Shown here piece after piece: positions 27,070 through 35,339 of a DNA stretch of 64,000 nt. The DNA comes from Actinomycetes bacterium (GTDB lineage Bacteria; Actinomycetota; Acidimicrobiia; IMCC26256; JANYLB01). A program made the translations under genes and the position numbers. How positions within the stretch are numbered: the stretch's first letter is position 1; the number at the start of each line of letters is the position of its first letter. Below the pieces are notes generated by a model. The model was not told where the DNA came from, made no database searches, and saw nothing but the letters and a program-made list of their open reading frames with translations. The stretch covers positions 1,581 through 65,580 of the forward strand of contig JANYLB010000025.1 in NCBI GenBank assembly GCA_025363815.1, in the 5' to 3' direction.

Positions 27070-28194
27070 TTAGGGGGTGAGGGGGCCAGCGCCGTCGACG
27101 GCCCTGGCCGAAAACGCTCGGGGTTCGAGGCCGGTGGAGCGGCGGTAGCTCTCGGTGGCGTCGGCCGCGATGCGCGCGGTGTCGGCCTGGTCGGTGAGCG
27201 CGATGACACAGCCACCGAACCCCGCGCCGGTGAGTCGAGCTCCGAACGCGCCCGCTCCGACGAGGGCGTCGACCAGGTGATCAAGTTCCGGGGTTGAGAC
27301 GCGGTAGTTGTCGCGAAGGCTCGCGTGGCTCTCCAGGAGGAGGCGAGTGAGAACAGCGCGGTCGCCCACGCGCAGCGCAATACCGGTTTCGAGGACCCGC
27401 GCGTTCTCGGTGACAACGTGACGGGCGATTGGGTCGTCGCGCACCCGGTCGAGCGACGCGTCGCGCAGTGCCGTGACGCCGATGCGACGAGCTGCTGCCT
27501 CGCAGGCGGCGCGCCGCAGTGCGTACTCACTGTCGGCCAGCGTGCGGGTGCGCCCCGAGTGGACGACGAGCACGGCAAGATCAGACGGGATCGGTATCGG
27601 TGCTGCGGTGAGTGCCCGGCAGTCGATGAGCAGCGCGCACCCCTCGCGACCGAGCAGCGAGGCGAGCTGGTCCATGAGGCCGCCGGGCACGCCGGTCGCG
27701 CGCACCTCCGCGTCGAGTGCGGTGCGCGCCGCGTCGACGGTAGGGAGCGCATTGGCGCCGAGGCTGTCGACTAGCGCGAGCACGAGCGCGACTGAGAGGG
27801 CGGTGCTGGATGACAACCCTGCGCCGGCGGGAACCGTCGACGACAGCGCCGCGTCCAAACCGCGCCCGTGAATACCCCGGTTTGCGAGCGCGGCGACCGC
27901 ACCCGCGACAAACCGCCCCCACCGGGGTTCGACGGTGGTGGGGTCGGTGGTGCCGTCGGCAGCAACATCGACAGTTCCGACGAGCTCCGACGATTGCACC
28001 CGAATCCGGCCATTGCGAGTGGGTCGATACGCGATCAGGCAGTCGCGGTCGATCGCAAGGGGCAGGACGAGTCCGTCGTTGTAGTCGGTGTGGTCGCCCA
28101 TGAGATTCACCCGCCCGGGAGCGCGCAGGAACCGGAGCGGCTCGGCACCTTGGCTGAGCGCAGCCGTCAGGGGTTCACGTCGTTCATCGTCCAC
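27070..28194 (-). CDS. galK: Galactokinase
   Basis: GRVNLMGDHTDYNDG signature and GHMP motif PAGAGLSSS. The start is uncertain: GTG 28194 is preferred, and longer starts would collide with the divergent gene. Confidence 0.9.
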   Translation of the reverse strand: MDDERREPLTAALSQGAEPLRFLRAPGRVNLMGDHTDYNDGLVLPLAIDRDCLIAYRPTRNGRIRVQSSELVGTVDVAADGTTDPTTVEPRWGRFVAGAVAALANRGIHGRGLDAALSSTVPAGAGLSSSTALSVALVLALVDSLGANALPTVDAARTALDAEVRATGVPGGLMDQLASLLGREGCALLIDCRALTAAPIPIPSDLAVLVVHSGRTRTLADSEYALRRAACEAAARRIGVTALRDASLDRVRDDPIARHVVTENARVLETGIALRVGDRAVLTRLLLESHASLRDNYRVSTPELDHLVDALVGAGAFGARLTGAGFGGCVIALTDQADTARIAADATESYRRSTGLEPRAFSARAVDGAGPLTP

Positions 28195-28270
28195 GAGAAC
28201 GCGGACACTACGGCAACGGATGCTCGCCGGGTGCGCTAAAGGGTGCTCGGGAAACGACGATAATGACCCC

Positions 28271-29134
28271 ATGAAATTGCGCCGCTCGTTCGAGCTGTTC
28301 AAGGCCTCGTGGCTGGTCTTGAGCGGCGACAGAGAACTGCTCTGGCTCCCCGCGATCTCCGGGGTATGTGCCCTGGTCATCGCAGCAAGCTTTGGCGTGC
28401 CGATCTTTCTGACGGGCAACGACACGACGTCGGGTACCAGTTCGTCGAGCTTCCAGCTGGGCACAGCCGGGTACGTGCTGATGGCTCTGGCGTACTTCGT
28501 GCTCGCCTACGTGACGATCTTCTTCAACACGGCGCTGGTGTGGGCGGCGAACGAACGACTCGAGGGCCGAGATCCGAACCTGGGCTCTTCATTGGCCGCG
28601 GCGAGGGCGCGAGCCGGCGCGATCCTCCCGTGGGCTCTTGTGAGCGCCACCGTCTCTCTCATCATCCGGGCCATCGAGGAGCGCGCGGGGTTCCTCGGCC
28701 GGATCGTGCTCGGGCTGATCGGCATGGCCTGGTCGCTTGTCACCTTCCTGGTGCTGCCGCTAATAGTGCTCGAGAACGTCTCGGTGGGCGCGGCGATCAA
28801 ACAGTCGGCCGCGATGTTCAAGCACACCTGGGGTGAGAACGTGATCGGACAGGGCGGGATCGGACTCATCTCTCTGCTCGCAATCCTCGTAGCGCTGCCG
28901 GTTGTGTTCGTTCTCTTTGCCACGGGTGTCACAGCGCTGATTGTGGCTGCCATCGTGGTCGGCACCATATGGGTGTGCGCGGTCGCGATCGTGACGTCGG
29001 CGCTCAGCGTCGTCTACCAGACCGCGTTGTACCGCTACGCGTCGAGCGGTGCGGTACCGCCAGGCTTCACCGAGGCACAGATCGCCGGCGCTTTCGCGCC
29101 GAAGAAGAAGCAACTCGGCACCTCCGGCACCTGA
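28271..29134 (+). CDS. Polytopic membrane protein (DUF6159-like)
   Basis: ORF 28088..29134 with the start at ATG 28271 (MKLRRSFELFKASWLVLSGDRELLWLP). It has multiple TM helices. Confidence 0.55.
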   Translation: MKLRRSFELFKASWLVLSGDRELLWLPAISGVCALVIAASFGVPIFLTGNDTTSGTSSSSFQLGTAGYVLMALAYFVLAYVTIFFNTALVWAANERLEGRDPNLGSSLAAARARAGAILPWALVSATVSLIIRAIEERAGFLGRIVLGLIGMAWSLVTFLVLPLIVLENVSVGAAIKQSAAMFKHTWGENVIGQGGIGLISLLAILVALPVVFVLFATGVTALIVAAIVVGTIWVCAVAIVTSALSVVYQTALYRYASSGAVPPGFTEAQIAGAFAPKKKQLGTSGT

Positions 29135-29135
29135 C

Positions 29136-30125
29136 TCACGCGTCGCGGAGCGCGGCGGCAGCATCTTCTGGTGTCACCGGGTTCTGCAACGTGCCGGTGC
29201 CCATCTCGGCGGAGGCGAGATAGCGCTGGGTGTCGGCCGAGCGCAGCGGCGGGGCGAGGTGCACGTGGAGGTGCACTCCCGGGTGCACCCAGAGGAGGTA
29301 CGGGAACGGCCGGCCGAACAGGCGGTCGTAGCGGGAGAGTATGTCGGAGAGTCTCTCCGCGAGGGCGTCGCGGTTGGAGTCATCGAGATCGGCGAGAGCC
29401 GAGATGTGCTCCACCGGGGCGACGAGCGCACCAAACGGGTAGCCCGACGCATACGGCACGGTTGTCACCCATCCGCCGCCCGCGCTCACCACCCGCGACC
29501 CTTCGGCGATCTCTTCCGGAAGGGTCGCGCAGAGCGGACATCCGTACCTCTTTGCGATCTCGTCTTCCCGACGCGCTACCGGCGGTACGAACGGAAACGC
29601 GTACACCTGCCCATGAGGATGATCGATGGTGGCGCCGACCTCGCGGCCGCGGTTCTCGAACACGAGCACGTACTCGACCTCGGGACGCGCCAACAGCGCG
29701 GTGGTGCGCTCGGCCCACAGGTCGACGACCGAACGCACGCCGGCCCGGCCTATCGATCCCAACGACGCGCCGTGGTCGGACGAGTAGAGAAGTACCTCGG
29801 TCGCGCCGCGTGGAGGCAGCGAAGCGCGGCCGTCGAGCTGGTCCGGATCGAGGGGCTCACCGGGCACCATTGCCGGCCAACGGTTCTCGAACGCCCTGAC
29901 CTCATAGGGATCGGGCGTTTCGAGGCCGCCGACGCAGAAGGGGCACCCCCCATCCGGCAGGTTCGGCCGGTCCTGGCGGTTCCCGACGATGAGCACCCAC
30001 TCGCGGGTCAGGGGATCCAGCCGGAACCCCGCCTGGCCCGCCTGGTCGGGCCGATCTGGCCGATCTGGCCGCTCCACCCGGGGCGATCGCCCCAGCGGCG
30101 CGGGCCGCGGTGGGGGCAGCTTCAC
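29136..30125 (-). CDS. galT: Galactose-1-phosphate uridylyltransferase (HIT superfamily)
   Basis: CPFC zinc motif, FENRG and the HPHGQ active site. The start GTG 30125 forms a GTGA overlap with the upstream LLM stop. Confidence 0.9.
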   Translation of the reverse strand: MKLPPPRPAPLGRSPRVERPDRPDRPDQAGQAGFRLDPLTREWVLIVGNRQDRPNLPDGGCPFCVGGLETPDPYEVRAFENRWPAMVPGEPLDPDQLDGRASLPPRGATEVLLYSSDHGASLGSIGRAGVRSVVDLWAERTTALLARPEVEYVLVFENRGREVGATIDHPHGQVYAFPFVPPVARREDEIAKRYGCPLCATLPEEIAEGSRVVSAGGGWVTTVPYASGYPFGALVAPVEHISALADLDDSNRDALAERLSDILSRYDRLFGRPFPYLLWVHPGVHLHVHLAPPLRSADTQRYLASAEMGTGTLQNPVTPEDAAAALRDA

Positions 30126-31024
30126 GCGAAGGCGGGGAGGACGTCGGCGGCGAAGCGATCGATGCTGTCGGCGTCGAACGGTGCGCGGCGGGCGATGATC
30201 ACCCACTCGGCTCCGGCATCGCCGTAAGCACCGATCTGGTTGATCATCTCCTGGGTCGAACCCATGAGCACACCAGGCCGCACGAACTCCGACATGCCTC
30301 CGCCGAACTGGGCATCGAGGTCGGCTTCGCTGTAGGCGAGGCCGACGTTGACGGCCTTGGTGATCGTGGCCGGGTCCCGTCCGAGCCGCTCGCAGTGCTC
30401 CTGGAGCACGCCCACCTTGGCCCGGTAGGTAGCCGGGGATACGAATGGCACGTTCCACCCATCGGCGTGTTGGGCGGCGATGCGCAACGTGACCTTCTCA
30501 CCGCCGCCACCGATCCAGATCGGCAGACGGCTCTGCACGGGCTTTGGCTCGCACCGGGCACCGTTGAGCGTGAAGAACTCACCGTCGAAGTCGGTCACGG
30601 CTTCGGTCAGTAGGCCGCGTACGCACTGGATGCCCTCGTTCAACTGGCGCAGTCGCACCGGCGCGGGAGGGAATGGGATCCCATAGGCGTCGTACTCGAT
30701 CTGCGACCAGCCGGCACCCATGCCCAAGACGACGCGTCCGCCGGCCATCTGGTCGAGCGTGGCCATCGTGTTCGCGAGCACCGCGGGGTGGCGATAGCCG
30801 ATGGAGTAGACGAGGCTGCCGCACTGCACCCGGCTCGTCGCCTCGATGAGCGCTGCGTGCGCCGCCACGGCCTCGAGACACACCGGACTGCCCGACGCGT
30901 CGGCGGCGTAGAAATGGTCCCAGATGGAGATCCAGTCGAAGCCGAGTCCTTCGATCTGCACCCACAGCGCGCGGAGCTCGTCGATCGACGTGTTCTGGAG
31001 CCCCGTGTGCACACCGAACTTCAT
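30122..31024 (-). CDS. LLM-class (luciferase-like) F420-dependent oxidoreductase
   Basis: MKFGVHTG...GFDWISIWDHF and GRVVLGMGAGW; about 300 aa, typical of the Rv1855c-like subgroup. Confidence 0.85.
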   Translation of the reverse strand: MKFGVHTGLQNTSIDELRALWVQIEGLGFDWISIWDHFYAADASGSPVCLEAVAAHAALIEATSRVQCGSLVYSIGYRHPAVLANTMATLDQMAGGRVVLGMGAGWSQIEYDAYGIPFPPAPVRLRQLNEGIQCVRGLLTEAVTDFDGEFFTLNGARCEPKPVQSRLPIWIGGGGEKVTLRIAAQHADGWNVPFVSPATYRAKVGVLQEHCERLGRDPATITKAVNVGLAYSEADLDAQFGGGMSEFVRPGVLMGSTQEMINQIGAYGDAGAEWVIIARRAPFDADSIDRFAADVLPAFA

Positions 31025-31036
31025 TTCTCAACCAGC

Positions 31037-31918
31037 ATGAGCCAGAAGCTACAGGGCGCCGGCCCCGAAGAGCCCGCCTACAGTGGGCGTGTGCTGGAAG
31101 TAGAGCGATGGCCGGAGTTGGACAACCCGGTGATGGTGGTCGCGTTCACCGGTTGGATCGACGCCGGACTCGCCGGCCAAGGTTGCGTGGCGGCCGTGAT
31201 CGACCAGCTGAAGGGCGCGCGTCGCTTCGCTCGCATAGATCTCGGGGAGATCGCCGACCTGCAGCAGACCCGGCCGACGGTTCACCTTGCCGACGGGGTC
31301 ACGCGTGAGCTCGAGTGGCCCGCGGTCGACTTCGTCGCGGGCCGGGCCGGTGGACGTGACGTCGTCGTATGTACGGGCCCTGAACCCTCGATTCGCTGGA
31401 ACGAGTTCACGACGACGATCGTCGAGACCGCTGCCCGGCTCGGCGTCGAGCAGGCCTTGCTGCTCGGGGGCTTGCCCGCCGCGGTGTCACACCGTCGCCA
31501 GATCAAAGTGATGGCCACCGCGACGAGCCACGCGCTCATCCAGGATCTCGGTGCGACGCGCGTCGACTACAACGGGCCGACCGGCGTGCAAACGGTGCTC
31601 CAGGTCGCGCTCGGCGAGGCCGACATCCCGGCAATCGGACTCTGGGCCGAGGTGCCACACTACGTGGCGGGCAACCCGTCACCGCCGGCGATCCGGGCGT
31701 TGCTCGAACGGGTCCGCGATCTCGCGGGGATGAACCTCGAGCTCGGTGACCTCGACGGGCAGGCCGAGGAGTACGCGGCTCGGGTCGAGGAAGGTCTCGC
31801 CGAACGACCCGATGTCGCCGAGATGGTGCGCGAGCTCGACGTGGTGAGCGACACCGATCTGCCCACTGGTGACGAGATTGCCTCGGAGATCGAGCGTTTC
31901 CTCAGAGAAGAGAGCTGA
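31037..31918 (+). CDS. PAC2 (proteasome assembly chaperone 2-like) family protein
   Basis: ORF 30788..31918. PVMVVAFTGWIDAGLAG is typical of the family. Start at ATG 31037 or GTG 31091. Confidence 0.75.
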   Translation: MSQKLQGAGPEEPAYSGRVLEVERWPELDNPVMVVAFTGWIDAGLAGQGCVAAVIDQLKGARRFARIDLGEIADLQQTRPTVHLADGVTRELEWPAVDFVAGRAGGRDVVVCTGPEPSIRWNEFTTTIVETAARLGVEQALLLGGLPAAVSHRRQIKVMATATSHALIQDLGATRVDYNGPTGVQTVLQVALGEADIPAIGLWAEVPHYVAGNPSPPAIRALLERVRDLAGMNLELGDLDGQAEEYAARVEEGLAERPDVAEMVRELDVVSDTDLPTGDEIASEIERFLREES

Positions 31919-32009
31919 GTCGGTCGTTTCGTCGGCGAGAATCCGGTTTCAGAGTCGACGAAGGAGCAACTGACGTGATCGAGCACGGGGTTCGAGCCGG
32001 GGATCTGCT

Positions 32010-33779
32010 GTGGGGCTTCGCCACAGCACGGCAAATGCACTCGAAGGCGTTCTCGTCGTGACAAGCCGTGAGGATGCCCTGGCCGAGTTGACCGGGCCCG
32101 GAGGGGCGTTCGAGATCGTCACTGAGCCGGTGTTCGGGCGCCCGCTGCAGGTGTACGCGTCGCGCATGCGATCGCTGCGCGAGCTCGTCGCGCAGGCCGA
32201 CGCGAAAGGCGACGACGAGTTCCTGGTTCAGGGTGACCGTCGCCTCACGTACGCACAGCACAACGCGCTGGTCCGTCGGGCGGCAGTGACGCTGTTGGCG
32301 CGCGGAGTCGAGCCCGGCGATCGCGTCGCGCTGCTCTGCGCGAACACCATCGATTGGGTCGTCATGTTCTGGGCGTGCTCGTCGATGGGCGCGGTATGTG
32401 TGCCGCTCAACGCGTGGTGGAAGGCCGACGAGCTCGAGTTCGGGTTGAGAGACTCCGGCACCAAGGTGCTCTTCTGCGACGAGAAGCGATGGGTGATCGT
32501 TCGTGACGTCATCGATCGTCTGACCGATCTGGAGCTTGTATTCGTCACCGGGCTCGAGGCACCCGACGGACGGGCCGAGCCTGGCGCCGCGTTGTTCGAG
32601 ACCGAGGACCCGGGCCGACTGCCCGACGTCGAAGTCGACGAAGACGACTTGCTCGCCATTTTGTACACGTCGGGAACCACCGGCCGCCCGAAGGGTGCGA
32701 CCGTGACCCATCGCCAAGCGATCGCGAATCTGGCGAACATCTTCTGTGTCGGCATCGCGACCGCGGGGCGAGGATCGTCGGCGGCGGAGAAGACCCGCAG
32801 TCTGCGCCCGACGACCCTGTTGGTGGTGCCGTTGTTCCACGTCACAGGGTGCCTGTCGACGATGACGCTGAACTATGCGCAAGGTGCCAAGCTCGTGCTC
32901 ATGCCGCCCGGACGTTTCGATCCTGACCTGGCGATGGCGACGATTGAGCGTGAGCGGGTCACGTCTTTCGGTGGGGTCCCGACCATCATGTGGCGGATTG
33001 TCGAATCTCCGAACTTCGAGCAGTACGACCTCTCGTCGGTGGTGCGCGCGAGCTACGGAGGCGCGCCGGCCGCGCCCGAGCTGGTGGCGCGGATACACGA
33101 ACGGTTCCCGGCTGTGAGGAGCACTCTCACCACGGCCTACGGCCTGACCGAGACCGCTTCCGTCGCGACTTCGAACAGCGGCGAGGACTACCGCACCCAT
33201 CCGGGGTCCGTCGGACGGGCGGTGCCGACCGTCGAGCTGCGCGTCGTAGATTCCGAGGGAACCGACGTTGCGACCGGTGAGACGGGCGAGATCTGGATGC
33301 GTGGCCCAACGATCATGATCCGCGGGTACTGGAACCGCCCGGACGCTACGACCGAGGCGATCACCGCCGACGGTTGGTTCCGCAGCGGCGACATAGGCCG
33401 ACTCGACGCCGACGGCTATTTGTCGCTCGTCGACCGGGTCAAAGACATGATCATCCGCGCCGGCGAGAACGTGTACTGCGTTGAGATCGAGCTGGTGCTG
33501 TTCGAGCATCCCGATGTGGTCGATGCTGCGGTCGTAGGAGTGGCTCACAAGGTGCTCGGCGAAGAGGTGAAGGCTGTGGTTCAGATGCGCGCCGGCTCGA
33601 TGGTGGGGGGCGACGAGATCCGGGCGTGGTGCTCGGCACGGCTCGCGAACTTCAAGGTGCCGCAGTACGTCGAACTGCGCGACGAGCCGCTCCCACGGAA
33701 CCCGGCGGGGAAGATCTTGAAGAACCAGCTCAGGGGCGGCGAGACCGCATTCTCTGCGTCCGACGACGCCGTGCTCTGA
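32010..33779 (+). CDS. AMP-dependent acyl-CoA synthetase/ligase
   Basis: AMP-binding motif LYTSGTTGRPKGA, GEI.MRGP, and C-terminal PRNPAGKILK. Alternative start GTG 32058. Confidence 0.85.
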   Translation: MGLRHSTANALEGVLVVTSREDALAELTGPGGAFEIVTEPVFGRPLQVYASRMRSLRELVAQADAKGDDEFLVQGDRRLTYAQHNALVRRAAVTLLARGVEPGDRVALLCANTIDWVVMFWACSSMGAVCVPLNAWWKADELEFGLRDSGTKVLFCDEKRWVIVRDVIDRLTDLELVFVTGLEAPDGRAEPGAALFETEDPGRLPDVEVDEDDLLAILYTSGTTGRPKGATVTHRQAIANLANIFCVGIATAGRGSSAAEKTRSLRPTTLLVVPLFHVTGCLSTMTLNYAQGAKLVLMPPGRFDPDLAMATIERERVTSFGGVPTIMWRIVESPNFEQYDLSSVVRASYGGAPAAPELVARIHERFPAVRSTLTTAYGLTETASVATSNSGEDYRTHPGSVGRAVPTVELRVVDSEGTDVATGETGEIWMRGPTIMIRGYWNRPDATTEAITADGWFRSGDIGRLDADGYLSLVDRVKDMIIRAGENVYCVEIELVLFEHPDVVDAAVVGVAHKVLGEEVKAVVQMRAGSMVGGDEIRAWCSARLANFKVPQYVELRDEPLPRNPAGKILKNQLRGGETAFSASDDAVL

Positions 33780-33858
33780 GGCGTCGGCCATCGAAACCAT
33801 CTTCGACATCCATCGCACCTGGGGCTACATCGCCCTGGTCGCGAACGCGCTGGCCGGG

Positions 33859-34173
33859 TTGTACGGGCTCGCGGCCTGGAAATGGCGCCGATTCCGGGGT
33901 CGGCCGGTGTGGATCGCGACAATCGTCGCCGAGGTCGCGATCTTGATCCAGATCTTGCTCGGCGTGAGTTTGGTGGTCGGTAGCAAGGCGTACGCCTCGG
34001 CCGTGCCCCGTTTCCACATGTTCTACGGATTCGTGACGTTCATCACTATCGGGCTCCTCTATCAGTACCGCAGCTCGATGAAGGGGAACGGTCGTCGCGA
34101 GCTGCTCTACGGGCTTGGGGGTCTGTTCATCATGGGCCTGGCGATCCGCGCGATCCTCCAGGTCGGCGCGTGA
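33859..34173 (+). CDS. Hypothetical small membrane protein
   Basis: A 104-aa ORF from TTG with three hydrophobic helices. The frame is open upstream to 33721 and encodes another helix without an ATG, GTG or TTG, so the true N-terminus is uncertain. Confidence 0.5.
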   Translation: MYGLAAWKWRRFRGRPVWIATIVAEVAILIQILLGVSLVVGSKAYASAVPRFHMFYGFVTFITIGLLYQYRSSMKGNGRRELLYGLGGLFIMGLAIRAILQVGA

Positions 34174-34221
34174 ACGCGGCGTGGCCTGACCTGACTGTGC
34201 CTCGACCCCGATGGAGCTTCG

Positions 34222-35325
34222 ATGACTGATCGCGTTCGGATCGTCCTGCTCTTCGGTGGGCGCTCTGCTGAGCACGACGTGTCCCGCGTCACCGCGGTCG
34301 CGGTGGCCCGTGCGCTTGATCCGGCGCGCTACGAGGTCCTGCCGGTAGCGATCACCACTGATGGCCGGTGGTTGTTCGCCGATGCCGCGCACCGAGCGAT
34401 CGAGGCCGGACCGGCATCGTTGCCCAGCGCGTTCGAGGTGGAAGGTGAGCTGGTCGGCGGGCTGGGCGAGCTCGCGACTGGTCGGCCGATGACCGCGGGA
34501 ACCGGGCTGGGACCCGTCGACGTGGTGTTCCCGCTCCTCCATGGCCCTTACGGGGAAGACGGCACCGTGCAGGGATTGCTCGAGCTTGCTGATCTTCCCT
34601 ACGTCGGGTGCGGCGTGGTCGGTTCCGCGGTCGGCATGGACAAGGTCGCAATGAAGCGGATGTTCCTGGCCTGCGGTCTCGCGACGCCGCGCTACCTCGT
34701 GCATCGTGACGGCCACGATGCTGCAGCGTTCGCAGATCGGGTCGAGGCCGAGCTCGGCTTGGCGTGCTTCGTGAAGCCGGCCAACATGGGGTCGTCGGTC
34801 GGCGTGACCAAGGCGCACGATCGCGCTGAGCTCGACGCAGCGATCGCCGATGCGCTCGTGTTCGACGAGTGGATACTCGCCGAGGAGATGATCGTCGGGC
34901 GTGAGATCGAAGTCGCGGTGTTGGGCGACGATCCGCCCAAGGCATCGCTACCGGGGGAGATCGTTCCTGGCGCAGAGTTCTACGACTACTCAGACAAGTA
35001 TGAAGACGGTGCCGCGGAGCTTCTGATCCCGTCGCCGCTCGACGCCGAACGCACGGCCGAGGTTCGTGCGCTCGCCGTTCGCGCGTTCGAAGCGTGCCGG
35101 CTCGAGGCGATGGCGCGTGTCGATTGTTTCTACGACGACCATCGCGGGTTCCTTGTCAACGAGGTGAACACGATCCCGGGGTTCACGCCGATCTCTATGT
35201 ACCCACGCCTGTGGGAAGCATCAGGCGTGTCGTACCCGCAGCTGCTCGATCGTCTGGTCGAGTTCGCGTTCGCGCGTCACGCTCGTCGCAGCGGTCGCGC
35301 CGGGCGACAACGTGACTCGCGGTAG
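34222..35325 (+). CDS. ddl: D-alanine--D-alanine ligase
   Basis: RVRIVLLFGGRSAEHDVS, ATP-grasp, EVNTIPGFT. Confidence 0.95.
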   Translation: MTDRVRIVLLFGGRSAEHDVSRVTAVAVARALDPARYEVLPVAITTDGRWLFADAAHRAIEAGPASLPSAFEVEGELVGGLGELATGRPMTAGTGLGPVDVVFPLLHGPYGEDGTVQGLLELADLPYVGCGVVGSAVGMDKVAMKRMFLACGLATPRYLVHRDGHDAAAFADRVEAELGLACFVKPANMGSSVGVTKAHDRAELDAAIADALVFDEWILAEEMIVGREIEVAVLGDDPPKASLPGEIVPGAEFYDYSDKYEDGAAELLIPSPLDAERTAEVRALAVRAFEACRLEAMARVDCFYDDHRGFLVNEVNTIPGFTPISMYPRLWEASGVSYPQLLDRLVEFAFARHARRSGRAGRQRDSR

Positions 35326-35339
35326 GGCTCGCGAAATGC

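Noticed and set aside
28195-28464. A longer galK N-terminus (starts at 28272 or 28464)
   Set aside because: It would add 26-90 residues with no GalK similarity, and it would overlap the start codon of the divergent membrane gene.
30049-30070. A 9-bp direct repeat GGCCGATCT x2 near the galT 5' end
   Set aside because: It has only two copies, lies in frame (RPDRPD) within the low-complexity N-terminus, and is too short to be meaningful.
31985-32012. A tRNA T-loop-like GGTTCGAGCC
   Set aside because: The flanking bases cannot form the T stem (CGGGG on both sides), and there is no acceptor or anticodon arm. Similar GGTTCGAA strings at 1345 and 10617 lie inside CDSs.
31902-33818. A 638-aa minus-strand ORF antisense to the acyl-CoA synthetase
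   Set aside because: Same reasoning: the plus-strand gene carries the AMP-binding signature, and the antisense product is low-complexity and Arg/Gly/His-rich.
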